From: a virus
Reading direction: 5' to 3' (one strand)
DNA: 64,000 nt
Virus record (IMG/VR): IMGVR_UViG_3300046474_000061
Coordinates: 5,936 to 69,935 of that record
Part shown: positions 9,992 through 19,907 of the stretch, piece by piece
Layout: each line of letters starts with the position of its first letter
Numbering within the stretch: the first letter of the stretch is position 1
Notes under the pieces: model-generated
The model's database searches: none
What the model saw: only the letters and a program-made list of their open reading frames with translations
Told to the model about the DNA's origin: nothing
Position numbers and translations under genes: made by a program

Positions 9992-10270
9992 GTGTCATGT
10001 GAGGTTAAGGTTATGACACGTTTTATCCAGCATCATACACTCTATGAACGAATACCAATGAAATCATCTAGCGTCTTGCCGGATGAAGGATTTGGGGAAA
10101 TGACACTTGAATTGTCAGATGGATTGACGTTCCAAGTGTATTGTAACCCACGTTCTGAGCAAACCTATGCACCTGTGAAACATCGGGTAATGGTGATTTG
10201 TTCTTGTGGCAAACATGTGCCGTTCGGTCGCATGGGACAACACTACCGTATAGGGAAGTGCAATGCATGA
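9992..10270 (+). CDS. hypothetical protein, possible Zn-binding C-terminus
   Basis: CSCG...QH motif. Confidence 0.5.
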   Translation: MSCEVKVMTRFIQHHTLYERIPMKSSSVLPDEGFGEMTLELSDGLTFQVYCNPRSEQTYAPVKHRVMVICSCGKHVPFGRMGQHYRIGKCNA

Positions 10271-10532
10271 TATTTCATAGTTAGTCCTATGGTTCGTTAC
10301 GCTTGTGTAACACGAGTGCAACGATAGATAGGGCTAATTGGGTAATATCACCCGACGTATGCAATGGGGATTGCAGAATGAGTGTAGAAGATTTCACATC
10401 TATCTATGTGTTCCTTATCCTTCCTTGCCTTATCATCAAGGTGACGAGTGACTATGGGGCTTTGTTGTATCAATTCCGTGGGCGTCGCAGTTATGAACGT
10501 GATTTGCGTCGTGCCGTTCATGGTGTACGGAA

Positions 10533-10787
10533 ATGGTGAGGTTGTCTCCGTTTCAACAAGTGGCGCTCATTAAGACCTGCTACGACTTAGCAGCGATAGC
10601 GCATGATGATGAAATGTTAGGTGAGTTGAATCTTGCCATACAAGCCGCGTGGACGTATTGCGCGACTGATGTAGTAGAAGAGTTGCATAGGCATATCTTG
10701 TTTCGCTTCAAATGGCTTGTGCCCGACGGGAAACACTTCAAACTGTCAGACCGTTTCAATGAGTCTGATTCCCAATCCATCCATTAG
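10533..10787 (+). CDS. hypothetical protein
   Basis: 84-aa ORF in early plus-strand array. Confidence 0.5.
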   Translation: MVRLSPFQQVALIKTCYDLAAIAHDDEMLGELNLAIQAAWTYCATDVVEELHRHILFRFKWLVPDGKHFKLSDRFNESDSQSIH

Positions 10788-11441
10788 AAAACTATGGGGA
10801 TAGTTGTGTCTAATTATACGTTGATTGTCGTTGTAGTCGTTGTCATCTTTGCAGGTGCATTGATGGCATTCTTTCAGTCTCAAGACAACATATGGAAGTG
10901 AGGTGGAATATGTCGATTCTATCACGCGACATTGTGAAGATTGGCAAAGAAGAGTTTGCTAAGGCGTGCGTACTTGATATCGCCTTGGAATTGGTATCGA
11001 CAAGTCTTGATAGTGTTTTTGTGCGTGCCAATAGGTATGCACTCCGCGAGATGACACGTAACGGGTTGTCGTTCTCCTATGACTTGAGGGACAAGACTAC
11101 CCGCTCCTAAGGCGGGTACACATGGGTACACCTATCATTGATAGTTTTCTCCCCCATTGCGCTTGACGTGATGGGTGTATCCTTGTGTATCAACCTTTGC
11201 ATCAATGGGGACAATCGATGCTCTACTACATCATGCTTATCAGTGGCCTATTTGGCTATGGGACAACTGCATTCTTTGCTGGCTTGTGGTTCATGGGCTC
11301 GCTGAAGCGTGTCTACGTCCGACCTATGTCAAGGGATATTACCCTTTGCCCTAACGAGTATAGGAGGGTGTAGAGGGCCAGGATTTTCAATCCCCGTCGT
11401 TTCTTCCGTGTCAACACTATTAAGTAAAGAGGATAATTCTA

Positions 11442-11603
11442 ATGGCGAAATTTGATTTCTGGAAAGTCTATCAGGGTCCCCGTGGGCCTCATCTATCACA
11501 GTTGACTAAGTATACCGTCTCGAAAGAGCGGAAAGAGACCGGCAGCATGAAACCTGGAAAACTTGCATCAGGTCGTACTCGCATCCAGCGAACTGCCGAA
11601 TAG
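11442..11603 (+). CDS. small basic hypothetical protein (53 aa)
   Basis: Below ORF-track cutoff; AGAGGA then ATG; MAKFDFWKVYQGPRG...RTAE. Confidence 0.55.
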   Translation: MAKFDFWKVYQGPRGPHLSQLTKYTVSKERKETGSMKPGKLASGRTRIQRTAE

Positions 11604-12107
11604 AACCCCCTCCCCTAGTACTCGCGTATAGAAGGCGTGGTAACTCTTACCTTCTAATTGAGAGGAACATGCTAGGGGACACTTGTGGTGCCTTTACCTA
11701 ATTCATGTAGGACCGCATTGATAAAGCGGAATCCATATGAAGGGATCAGTAAGGTAAACGAAAGGTCCATTTCGCTATGTCGAATGGATAAGCTTAAGGC
11801 CACTCTTTTATCAACCGTCTCTTAGGGTAGTACCCTACAGGGGCTAAACGCTTGTCAGTGGCCTTGTGTGGCCGAAATAGGAGGCATTGAAATGTTTATT
11901 CTTTATCTTGCCATCATCGGCAACATAAACACGACATCAGACGACCGTGTTTTCAAGGCTCGTGAGTATCAGTACTATGAGCAATGTGAGACTGCGGGTG
12001 AAGTGGCAGTGTCAGGCAAGGGTAACAAGCACAAGCACATCTCTTATGTTTGTGTTCCTACCGAACCTCTAAAAGAAGACTGAGCATGTATCATCAACGA
12101 GGAAACC

Positions 12108-12383
12108 ATGACTGAGAAAATTGCTCCCAAATCTGCCCCACCTTCTGACTTCAAACCCTATGAACGTAAGGGGGAGAAAATAGGAGGTGGGTTTTTTGTT
12201 GTCCGTCGTGGCCGATGGGCACATCGTATTAAGCCAAGTCAGAAGCCGTTTGAGCATCCGACATTGGAGAGTGCACTTGCACAACAGAAGAAGCTCTCAA
12301 AGGAACATCCTGATTGCATCTATAAAGTGCTCATCAGTGCTACTCAGGCACTTCTCATTACAGAAGCTGCTAAGCGTCGTTAA
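12108..12383 (+). CDS. hypothetical protein
   Basis: GAGGA upstream; PFEHPTLESA motif. Confidence 0.6.
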   Translation: MTEKIAPKSAPPSDFKPYERKGEKIGGGFFVVRRGRWAHRIKPSQKPFEHPTLESALAQQKKLSKEHPDCIYKVLISATQALLITEAAKRR

Positions 12384-12462
12384 CCCTTCCGGGTAGGTGC
12401 ATACCACCTGATACCCAAACACCCACCATTGAGCCCCTATGGGGCGTTTAGAGGTACTTTAA

Positions 12463-12900
12463 ATGATACGTAAGATCGTTCTTGCAGTATGCGCCATTGG
12501 TGCGTCTATTGCCTTGTCTGCATGTGAGCCGGCGGCTGATGTAGCCTCCAGGAATTTGTCAAAGGCGGCTGATAACTTTGAGGTTAATCGCCGTATCTCT
12601 GTCTTTGCCACTACGATGCAAGGCGTTGAGAACCTGATGACTATTCAGGGTAAGTGCTCATTGGGCAACAATGATCCAGTCAACGAACTAACTGTGACCT
12701 GTAAAGATGGTCCGGGTGAGTTCAAGAAACACTTCATTGGCCTTTCGTCCAACGTCTCGTACATCGTCGAGCAAGGCAATGCTGTTTCTGTCTCTGAGTT
12801 TCACACTCGTATCGTGTTCAGGCCACAGGCTATCCTGCCTGATCCAGACTTCATTGGCTCGACTGATGAACTCCTGAATAATAAGAACACGGATGGTTGA
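12463..12900 (+). CDS. phage lipoprotein
   Basis: Signal peptide with lipobox LSAC, then ADVASRNLSKAADNFEVNRRI. Confidence 0.75.
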   Translation: MIRKIVLAVCAIGASIALSACEPAADVASRNLSKAADNFEVNRRISVFATTMQGVENLMTIQGKCSLGNNDPVNELTVTCKDGPGEFKKHFIGLSSNVSYIVEQGNAVSVSEFHTRIVFRPQAILPDPDFIGSTDELLNNKNTDG

Positions 12901-13201
12901 TATGCCAGTCATTATTGGAACTCTCGTAGGTGCGGCTGTCTTGTTGGGCATGATTCCAATCCTTTTCGTTTGTGCGCTATACCATGCATGGGTTTTGTCC
13001 TATCTATGGGAGTGGTTCATGGTCCCATTGGGACTCCCTCAACTCACCATTGCTCAGTTGGTGGGTGTGATGTTTGTCAAGGCAATGGTCTTCTATAAGG
13101 TTGAAAATGGTGTTGACCTTAAGAAACATTGGCTGACTGCATTGATTGTACCACTGTTCGCCCTTCTTGTCGCGTATATCTGGCGCTTTTGGGTGATGTG
13201 A
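12893..13201 (+). CDS. membrane protein
   Basis: Several hydrophobic segments; WEWFMVPLGLPQL. Confidence 0.65.
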   Translation: MVDMPVIIGTLVGAAVLLGMIPILFVCALYHAWVLSYLWEWFMVPLGLPQLTIAQLVGVMFVKAMVFYKVENGVDLKKHWLTALIVPLFALLVAYIWRFWVM

Positions 13202-13722
13202 TGGATTATCTAGGTCTCTTCCTTATAGGCTTTGGCCTTGGCTTTGCCATTGGTCCGGTCTTCGCTGACAGGTTCAGCAAACAATGGGATAATGTCGATG
13301 AGGGATAGTATCAAAGAGATTACCCTCACCATGCGCAAGATCATTCAGGATCATCCCCAGGGATTTCTGGTTGAACGCAATGAGTACCTCTATCAAGACA
13401 AGGTGGAGGCTTACAACTATAGGCATGACAAACAATTCGATGGGAACCGTGGGGCTCTCTTGGTTGCTGTCATGTTTATTCTTGTCGTAACCGTGGCTGT
13501 CGTTGCAGCCCTTAACTGATGGTGATGATATGCGTAGTAGAGACAGTCCGTAAGTTACCAGACTGAAAACCGGGAACCTATACATATGACCTGCTAGTAG
13601 GGGTCGATACACTAGCGCGCTGCGCAAGCCACTACTTCGCAGTACCGAAAGAAAGCATGGAACGATGGAGGTTGTCATGACTTCGTAGGGTAATGCCTAC
13701 ATACAGTGCCTATCAACCTATA

Positions 13723-13761
13723 CCCCTAGTACCCGAAGTTGGATAAGGTACTAGGGGTTTT
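13723..13761 (+). terminator. rho-independent terminator
   Basis: CCCCTAGTACC...GGTACTAGGGG stem followed by TTTT. Confidence 0.65.
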
Positions 13762-14301
13762 CTATATTCCAACGTATGAAAGTGGGACAATAAAAATGTA
13801 CGCAGACAGCTATGCAACTGGTGAAGCATCCCTCAATAACATCGATGCTCTCCCCCCACCAGTTGTTCACGAGGAAGAAGCTACTATTTGGTCGAAAGCG
13901 GCAAGCTATTTCGATAATTTATTGTCTGTACTCTACGAGAGCGGTCCCGTAGATAGGGTTCCTAACGAGTTCACGCCTATCATCTAATTGTTACCTGATT
14001 CAATCTGTGGTGCCTAAGCTTAACTTGGGGTAAATGTTGGAGCACCAACAGCCACAGATTATGTGATGTAACGGGGAGGAGACATGAGTTGTGAAGTTAG
14101 GATAGTCCTTATTTGGCTATCAGTAGCATTCATATTGGGCCTCATCTTAGGGGTCTTTTGATTAAAGGAATATTAGCATGGGTAAGAGGACCAATAGACA
14201 CGGGCTTATCTGGTCTCGTGTTGATAAAATTCAGACTACACCCGATATGAGGCGTGAGATTTTCAATGAGAAACCTCCGAGATTGGAGAGGGAGCTAAAG
14301 A

Positions 14302-14643
14302 ATGCCTACCGATTGTAGACTTGAGGTTGGTAAGAAGTATAACCGTCTTGCTTATGGTGGCACTAAAGGTGTGGAAGTTATCACCAAACATGATGGTTCT
14401 TTCATTGGTTGTTTTGGATTTAATTCATATGCTGCAATGATCGATGATGGTAAATGGGAAGAATACCATGAACCCGTTGTCGAAAAGTACAAAATGGTTG
14501 TACGTCAACAACCTACTAACAATAAATATGGAACATGGACTGTCCGTCCAGAATTTGCCAAGGCATATAGTGACGGGTGGGACATTGGTGGGATCGAAGT
14601 CACCATTACCGATGGTAAGCTCACAGATGTGAGGGTAGTATGA
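14302..14643 (+). CDS. hypothetical protein
   Basis: GGGAG upstream; coupled to next ORF. Confidence 0.65.
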   Translation: MPTDCRLEVGKKYNRLAYGGTKGVEVITKHDGSFIGCFGFNSYAAMIDDGKWEEYHEPVVEKYKMVVRQQPTNNKYGTWTVRPEFAKAYSDGWDIGGIEVTITDGKLTDVRVV

Positions 14644-15248
14644 CATTCAAGGTTGGCGATATCGTCTATGCCAAGCACAATGTGATCGACCCTATATATA
14701 AGGGCAGGAGTGTCTTCAAAGACTCTGAATACAGAGTTCGTATTGTCAATGGTACGACCCTTAGGCTTGATGGTAAAACATGTTGGTTCTCAGTGGATCA
14801 CTTCCATACAAAGGAAAAAGCAATGAAGAAGTTGAAGTTTCAGACTGGTTGGTATCATCGGACGAATACCGGAGTATATTCTGGCGTTATTGTTGAAGTA
14901 GTGTATGCCGGTGAGAAGACATGTATCGCCTATGTTCGTAAAAGTGGTATCGGGGCTGATCGTGAAGGAGAAGGTTCCGAAGTAACACTATCTCAGGACT
15001 ACTGGAATGAGAATCAGTGGGAAAAGATTAACCCTCCTCGTATTGAGTACTTCGCTGCCTTCAAGGATGACAAGGGTGGGACTTCTTACCAAGGGCCTTT
15101 CACAGACCCACAGTTGGCACGAGATTATCTGACTATCTCTAATGGTGCTAGGAGTACAACATATGGTCTGCCATATGGTATCCTGAAGCTCACCCATTGG
15201 GATGACAAGGTTGATACCGTCTTCATTATTTGGAACAACGAGATCTAA
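14640..15248 (+). CDS. hypothetical protein with FKVGDIV SH3-like start (no tag)
   Basis: 202-aa ORF; possible internal second start at MKKLKF. Confidence 0.6.
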   Translation: MTFKVGDIVYAKHNVIDPIYKGRSVFKDSEYRVRIVNGTTLRLDGKTCWFSVDHFHTKEKAMKKLKFQTGWYHRTNTGVYSGVIVEVVYAGEKTCIAYVRKSGIGADREGEGSEVTLSQDYWNENQWEKINPPRIEYFAAFKDDKGGTSYQGPFTDPQLARDYLTISNGARSTTYGLPYGILKLTHWDDKVDTVFIIWNNEI

Positions 15249-15653
15249 ATGTATATTATCGTATACGGGACCCTAAAGAAGGGTGAAAATAATAATCGTA
15301 TACTCGAAACTGGTAAGGCTCGTCTTGTGGGTCCTTGTGAGGTTCGAGGGTATAAGCTTTATTGGAGTGGTTTTCCGGTGGCTGCCCCCTCAGCGGAAGA
15401 CGTTATTACAGGTGAGGTATGGGATATCTCAGGTGATCACAGTGCGATGACACTCAACAGGCTTGATAGTCTTGAGGGTGTTGATCATTCTGAACGTGAT
15501 GACGGTATGTACCAACGTCGTGAAGTCACTGCCTATACTGACAATGGTACTATTCCATGCCAGATGTATGTGGGTAATCCTCGCTTCTGGTGTAACTTCA
15601 ATTCTATGAGGGAGTGCCCAAGTGAAGACCGTAAATATACCTGGAGTAGGTGA
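15249..15653 (+). CDS. gamma-glutamylcyclotransferase (AIG2/GGACT-like)
   Basis: VYGTLKKG, GEVW, LDSLEG, YQRREV motifs. Confidence 0.88.
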   Translation: MYIIVYGTLKKGENNNRILETGKARLVGPCEVRGYKLYWSGFPVAAPSAEDVITGEVWDISGDHSAMTLNRLDSLEGVDHSERDDGMYQRREVTAYTDNGTIPCQMYVGNPRFWCNFNSMRECPSEDRKYTWSR

Positions 15654-15942
15654 CCTACCATTCGAGGTAATGACCAACGCTGATCAGTGGGATGTTGGTG
15701 ACTACTTCATGTATTCTATGAATAATAGCATCTACAAGTGTGTCGGTAAGATAGTCCGTAATGGTGAGACGTTCTGGAAAAGCATCAGCTACTCTACCTA
15801 CTACAAGAAGTGGGATGCCCTTGAGCATACTTACAAGAAATCTGATTGGTGGCTTGATCCTCATAGTCTCCGAATCCTCCTGATAAAGGGGGAACTCCAG
15901 TATGACCCTAATCAACAAGGAGATACTGATGAAGACATCTAG
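15622..15942 (+). CDS. tagged protein 1 (ends ELQYDPNQQGDTDEDI)
   Basis: C-terminal tag at 15892-15942. Confidence 0.8.
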   Translation: MKTVNIPGVGDLPFEVMTNADQWDVGDYFMYSMNNSIYKCVGKIVRNGETFWKSISYSTYYKKWDALEHTYKKSDWWLDPHSLRILLIKGELQYDPNQQGDTDEDI

Positions 15943-16072
15943 CATGACATACATTGATCGATTAGCTCAGTCCTATGTCGAAGGTAGGATTGCTTGTGCT
16001 CGTTCCCTTCGTCGTGTCCTTGAGAAGCGACGTAAGACCAAATGGGAGATCAGACGTGAAACTAACGGGTAA
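15929..16072 (+). CDS. small basic protein started from inside tag 1
   Basis: AAGGAG at 15917, ATG at 15929; MKTSSMTYIDRLAQSY...RETNG. Confidence 0.5.
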   Translation: MKTSSMTYIDRLAQSYVEGRIACARSLRRVLEKRRKTKWEIRRETNG

Positions 16073-16256
16073 AATCCAATACCGACTACAAACCGGTTGT
16101 TTCAAGAAACCTAAGTTAATTCTTCAAGTTCAAGAAACTGGACATGAGGTAGAGTACTTTGGTGGATACCTTGAAACACAACATGTCACTCGTTACCGTG
16201 ATGCTACGGTTGAAGACCTACAGGTTTTGAATTATGCAAGTCCGTTGCCTAAGTGA
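16056..16256 (+). CDS. hypothetical protein
   Basis: GTG at 16056 after GGGAG; MKLTGKIQYRLQ...KLILQVQE. Confidence 0.55.
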   Translation: MKLTGKIQYRLQTGCFKKPKLILQVQETGHEVEYFGGYLETQHVTRYRDATVEDLQVLNYASPLPK

Positions 16257-16482
16257 TAAACGGACATCAGACGGTAAGCTCTATATGTATCTCAGGACCG
16301 GTAAGGTCTACGATGTAAGGTGGGAAACAGATAGATGTTTTGTCATCCATACAGTTCGAGGTGACACACATTACCCCAAAGGTAATTTCAAAGTTGTCCC
16401 TCCTGATAGAAACTGCCAGCGCAGCGGAGATTGGGAGGATTATTGTATTAATCAATTAGGTGATCGAGAGGATGACCTTTGA
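16234..16482 (+). CDS. tagged protein 2, degenerate tag (ends YCINQLGDREDDL)
   Basis: Same register as consensus: Y at -13, Q, GD and acidic DDL end. Confidence 0.65.
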   Translation: MQVRCLSDKRTSDGKLYMYLRTGKVYDVRWETDRCFVIHTVRGDTHYPKGNFKVVPPDRNCQRSGDWEDYCINQLGDREDDL

Positions 16483-16692
16483 TTGACACAAAAACTGAAT
16501 TGCTAGTACTTAAGTATAACTACTAGGACTTATCTAGTAGTACTGTTCTATTAGTTGTACTTATGATTTAGATTTAAATCTTTAGGACTTACTAAGGTTA
16601 AGTCCCTATGTAGTACCTATGATTTAAGTTTATCATATTTCTTGTTTGGTTGTCAATACCAAAATTTCATTGCTCAACAAAGGGGATTTCCA

Positions 16693-17343
16693 ATGAGCGT
16701 CATTCATTCTACCGTGTCTACCGTTTGCACTGCTTCTCACTTCGTTGGCTGGAATCATCCCGGTATGGACAGTGAAGACGAGAAGGTTCGACTGAACACA
16801 AAGATTCGTGTTGTCGATGAACTGATGGCACTCGGTTACAAAGAGGACTTCTCCCTCCTCGAAATCATCATCACTGACCACCAGCGTACCAAGTATCGTC
16901 TCGATGAATTCATTCCGAACATCGGCTTCCAGATGGTCTTCGAATCCAAGAAGGACGAAGCTGCTCAACGACAGAAGTCCACAGGTAATCTCACCGTATG
17001 GTGTGCTGAGCCTCTGGTCTACAAGAAGGCTATCGAGTCCTACAAGAAGGAGCTTGCTGTCCTCAAGGAGAAGATTGATCCTCCGAAGAAGCCTGACCCC
17101 AAGCGTCTTGCCATTGAGACACTGCTCCTCTCGAAGCTCCGTAAGGCTAAGATGGTTCAAGACAATACGGCAGTGAACAACCCGATTGCCCAGGTTCTTC
17201 TTGTCGAAGCTGATGTGTTCCAGAAGCATATCAAGATCAAGTATGGCTTTGATGTGAACAAAGTGATTGGTGCTACTTGGACTAAGGCAACCATTCGTCA
17301 GCTCAAAGAGGCTCATGTAAGATGGCAGAACGAACTTCTCTAA
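16693..17343 (+). CDS. hypothetical protein
   Basis: ATG at 16693 after AGGGGA; strongly biased codon use. Confidence 0.75.
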   Translation: MSVIHSTVSTVCTASHFVGWNHPGMDSEDEKVRLNTKIRVVDELMALGYKEDFSLLEIIITDHQRTKYRLDEFIPNIGFQMVFESKKDEAAQRQKSTGNLTVWCAEPLVYKKAIESYKKELAVLKEKIDPPKKPDPKRLAIETLLLSKLRKAKMVQDNTAVNNPIAQVLLVEADVFQKHIKIKYGFDVNKVIGATWTKATIRQLKEAHVRWQNELL

Positions 17344-17600
17344 GGATTGGTGATCGGGTAGAACATTGGGCTGGTCCTAGTGGTACTGGTGGTAATCCTA
17401 ACTGCTATGGAGCTACAGGAGTTATCTTGGAATTCTATCCCGGCACGAGGTGCGCTAGGGTCATGTTTGACGACCACTGTTTACAAGCGAATGGTGGTCC
17501 TATTAATACAAGGATAGGACCTTGGATTGTCGACCGCCTTCGCTTGATAGAGATTCCATATGATGCCTCTCAACAAGGTGACACCGATGAGGATATTTAG
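17322..17600 (+). CDS. tagged protein 3 (ends EIPYDASQQGDTDEDI)
   Basis: Tag at 17550-17600; LRIGDRV start. Confidence 0.8.
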   Translation: MAERTSLRIGDRVEHWAGPSGTGGNPNCYGATGVILEFYPGTRCARVMFDDHCLQANGGPINTRIGPWIVDRLRLIEIPYDASQQGDTDEDI

Positions 17601-17856
17601 TGTAGGTCAGGAGGTCGAATACACTGCTGGCCATAGAACTGGTGAGAAGACTTGGAAAGGTTCTCGGGGTACTGTAGTCAACATAGATGGTGATGATGGG
17701 CATCCTCATGTCAATTGGCACTCAGGCCCATTAGTAGAATGGCTTGTTTCCAAGGGTATGATTCTTAGAACCATGAGTCATCATCCAAACAATCTTGGTC
17801 CTACTGAATACACATATGACCCAAATCAACAAGGAGATACTGACGATGACCTCTAA
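17587..17856 (+). CDS. tagged protein 4 (ends EYTYDPNQQGDTDDDL)
   Basis: ATG at 17587 inside tag 3; tag at 17806-17856. Confidence 0.8.
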   Translation: MRIFSVGQEVEYTAGHRTGEKTWKGSRGTVVNIDGDDGHPHVNWHSGPLVEWLVSKGMILRTMSHHPNNLGPTEYTYDPNQQGDTDDDL

Positions 17857-18457
17857 GGGTAAGGTCTATATCGTTGGCACTGATAGGTTGGTAGCTTCCC
17901 TCTTCTTCGAGAGGAACTATACCATCTGTAACAATCAAGATGATGCAGATATCCTCTGCTTCCTTGGTGGTGCTGACATTCACCCACGATACTACAATCA
18001 GGAGATCAATCGGGATGCTCACGTTAATGTAAGCAACATCGATGACACCCGTGATGAACATGCTTGGCGTCGTAAACGAAAGGACCAGCTTGCGGTAGGT
18101 ATCTGCCGTGGTGGTCAGTTCATCAATGTCATGTCTGGTGGCAAGATGCTCCAGCATGTCTCTGGTGGACACACCAGTCCACATATGGTTCGTGATGTGT
18201 ACTGGCATTCAGACATTCTTGTATCCTCACATCATCACCAAATGATGGTTCCTGGAGAGGATGCAGAAATGATGGCTTACTCTCATGGTCTTCTCAATGA
18301 GGCTATGAATGACAAGGGTAAGTGCAATATCCCTGAGTTCGAACCAGAAGTTCTCTGGTATGAACACTCGAAGTCTTTGTGTGTCCAGAGCCATCCTGAA
18401 TGGAACCCGAAGAGTGGTGCTGACTACTTCTTCAAACTTGTGGACCTCGTAAAATGA
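17846..18457 (+). CDS. class I glutamine amidotransferase / peptidase C26-like
   Basis: GGADIHP, nucleophile GICRG, HHQ, QSHPE; ATG at 17846 inside tag 4. Confidence 0.88.
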   Translation: MTSKGKVYIVGTDRLVASLFFERNYTICNNQDDADILCFLGGADIHPRYYNQEINRDAHVNVSNIDDTRDEHAWRRKRKDQLAVGICRGGQFINVMSGGKMLQHVSGGHTSPHMVRDVYWHSDILVSSHHHQMMVPGEDAEMMAYSHGLLNEAMNDKGKCNIPEFEPEVLWYEHSKSLCVQSHPEWNPKSGADYFFKLVDLVK

Positions 18458-18708
18458 GACTCAAGGTTGGCGACAGAGTTCGAGTTTGTACCCAAAAATG
18501 GGGTGAGAACCAATTTGGTTTAACTGGCGTTATCTCTTCTCGATACCAACCCAACAGTTCCATCTACAGATTGGATTGGGAGATAAAATACGACACTCCT
18601 TGGGGAACTCTTCGGTACAACCAGTATGCTGAAGACGATCTAGAACTCCTTTATAAAGAACTTCAATATGACCCTAATCAACAAGGTGATACAGACGATG
18701 ACATCTAA
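18454..18708 (+). CDS. tagged protein 5 (ends ELQYDPNQQGDTDDDI)
   Basis: Tag at 18658-18708; LKVGDRV start. Confidence 0.8.
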   Translation: MRLKVGDRVRVCTQKWGENQFGLTGVISSRYQPNSSIYRLDWEIKYDTPWGTLRYNQYAEDDLELLYKELQYDPNQQGDTDDDI

Positions 18709-19594
18709 GAAGACAGACTTCCTTTCCCTCTCTGGGATTTCATACATCATCTATACCGATGGTGACATCCAGAACGTTCGTCAGCAACAGCCGTGCTATG
18801 GCGAACTCCGTAAGTACGAGAAGACCCATCCGGGTGAATGCACTCAGCCGAAGAATGGAAAACCGGGAGATCTTCACTCTCCGTTCCCTGCTGGTACTCC
18901 TACCTCTCTGGAAGTTCCATTTGGTCAGTTCGCTGGTCAGTATGGTGGTGCTCCTCTTTCGGAGGAAACAGACCGTCTGTTCCAAGCGATGTTCTCCACC
19001 AACTCTCCTTGGGTTGCTGGCTTCGGTGAGGTAGAGTTTGTTCGTAAGGACAAGTTCATCCATGGTATCCGTATTCCGGACCTGACGATTGACCCTACCG
19101 TTCTTGTCAACTGCTTCAAGAACTTCCGTGCTACCCTTCCCCGTGCTGCTGAGTTCGCTGAGCTGGTGGATGCTGGTCTTACGGAGAATGAAGCTCTCGT
19201 TGCCCTCACTCTAAACAATGGTGGCTCTCTGAAGAATGGTATTGGTGCCACTGGTGCCTACTCTGGTCCAGTCATCTTCTCTGCCAAGAGGTTCTTCCAG
19301 CAGAAGCCCAATGACCTGACTGGTGGTTATCTCAAGGATCGTATTGACTACAATCGTACGAACATGGGAGACCCCTTCCTGTCCACCATTGAAGCCGGTG
19401 GTGTACGTTGGCAGGAGATTGCCACTAAGCATGGCCTGAAGAAGATGTACGAAGGTACTAATGATATCAAGTCGATTGTCAAGGCTACGAAGGATGCGTT
19501 TGCAGAAGCGATCCAGAATGAGCCGGAGCCAGTCATCAAGCCTTGGATCTGGACAACCACATCGGGGAAAACCAATGGACCAATCGCAGCCTAA
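18698..19594 (+). CDS. hypothetical protein within ligase cassette
   Basis: ATG at 18698 inside tag 5; long ORF with biased codon use. Confidence 0.75.
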   Translation: MTSKKTDFLSLSGISYIIYTDGDIQNVRQQQPCYGELRKYEKTHPGECTQPKNGKPGDLHSPFPAGTPTSLEVPFGQFAGQYGGAPLSEETDRLFQAMFSTNSPWVAGFGEVEFVRKDKFIHGIRIPDLTIDPTVLVNCFKNFRATLPRAAEFAELVDAGLTENEALVALTLNNGGSLKNGIGATGAYSGPVIFSAKRFFQQKPNDLTGGYLKDRIDYNRTNMGDPFLSTIEAGGVRWQEIATKHGLKKMYEGTNDIKSIVKATKDAFAEAIQNEPEPVIKPWIWTTTSGKTNGPIAA

Positions 19595-19620
19595 CTCTGG
19601 TCAACAGGGGGATACTGAAG

Positions 19621-19893
19621 ATGACATTTAATCCGGGTGATAGGGTGATGTACGAAGGCGACCCTATTGAATTCTCTCTTTCCTATAAGGCATGGCATGG
19701 CTCCCTTGGCACTGTAATGGCAACGAACAACACATTTCCTGAGAGAACACTTGTAGTGTGGGACGAAGACTCTTTGTTTGCTAAAGATAAAGATAATCGT
19801 GCTCGAAAAGGGGATCATCGTACTCATCTCCTTCGTAGTGCAGAACTTCAATACGATCCGTCACAACAAGGTGACACCGAAGAAGATATCTAA
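19621..19893 (+). CDS. tagged protein 6 (ends ELQYDPSQQGDTEEDI)
   Basis: Tag at 19843-19893; FNPGDRV start. Confidence 0.8.
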   Translation: MTFNPGDRVMYEGDPIEFSLSYKAWHGSLGTVMATNNTFPERTLVVWDEDSLFAKDKDNRARKGDHRTHLLRSAELQYDPSQQGDTEEDI

Positions 19894-19907
19894 CAAAGGA
19901 TAATAAC

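Noticed and set aside
13517-13652. CTGATG...CGAAA as a hammerhead ribozyme core
   Set aside because: Reads CTGATGG rather than CUGAUGA and I could not assemble the three stems
6119-14300. tRNA genes or a T7-like single-subunit RNA polymerase in the early region
   Set aside because: No cloverleaf with a T-loop recognised by eye and no ORF of suitable size; promoters are sigma70-type. tRNAscan-SE would be the decisive check
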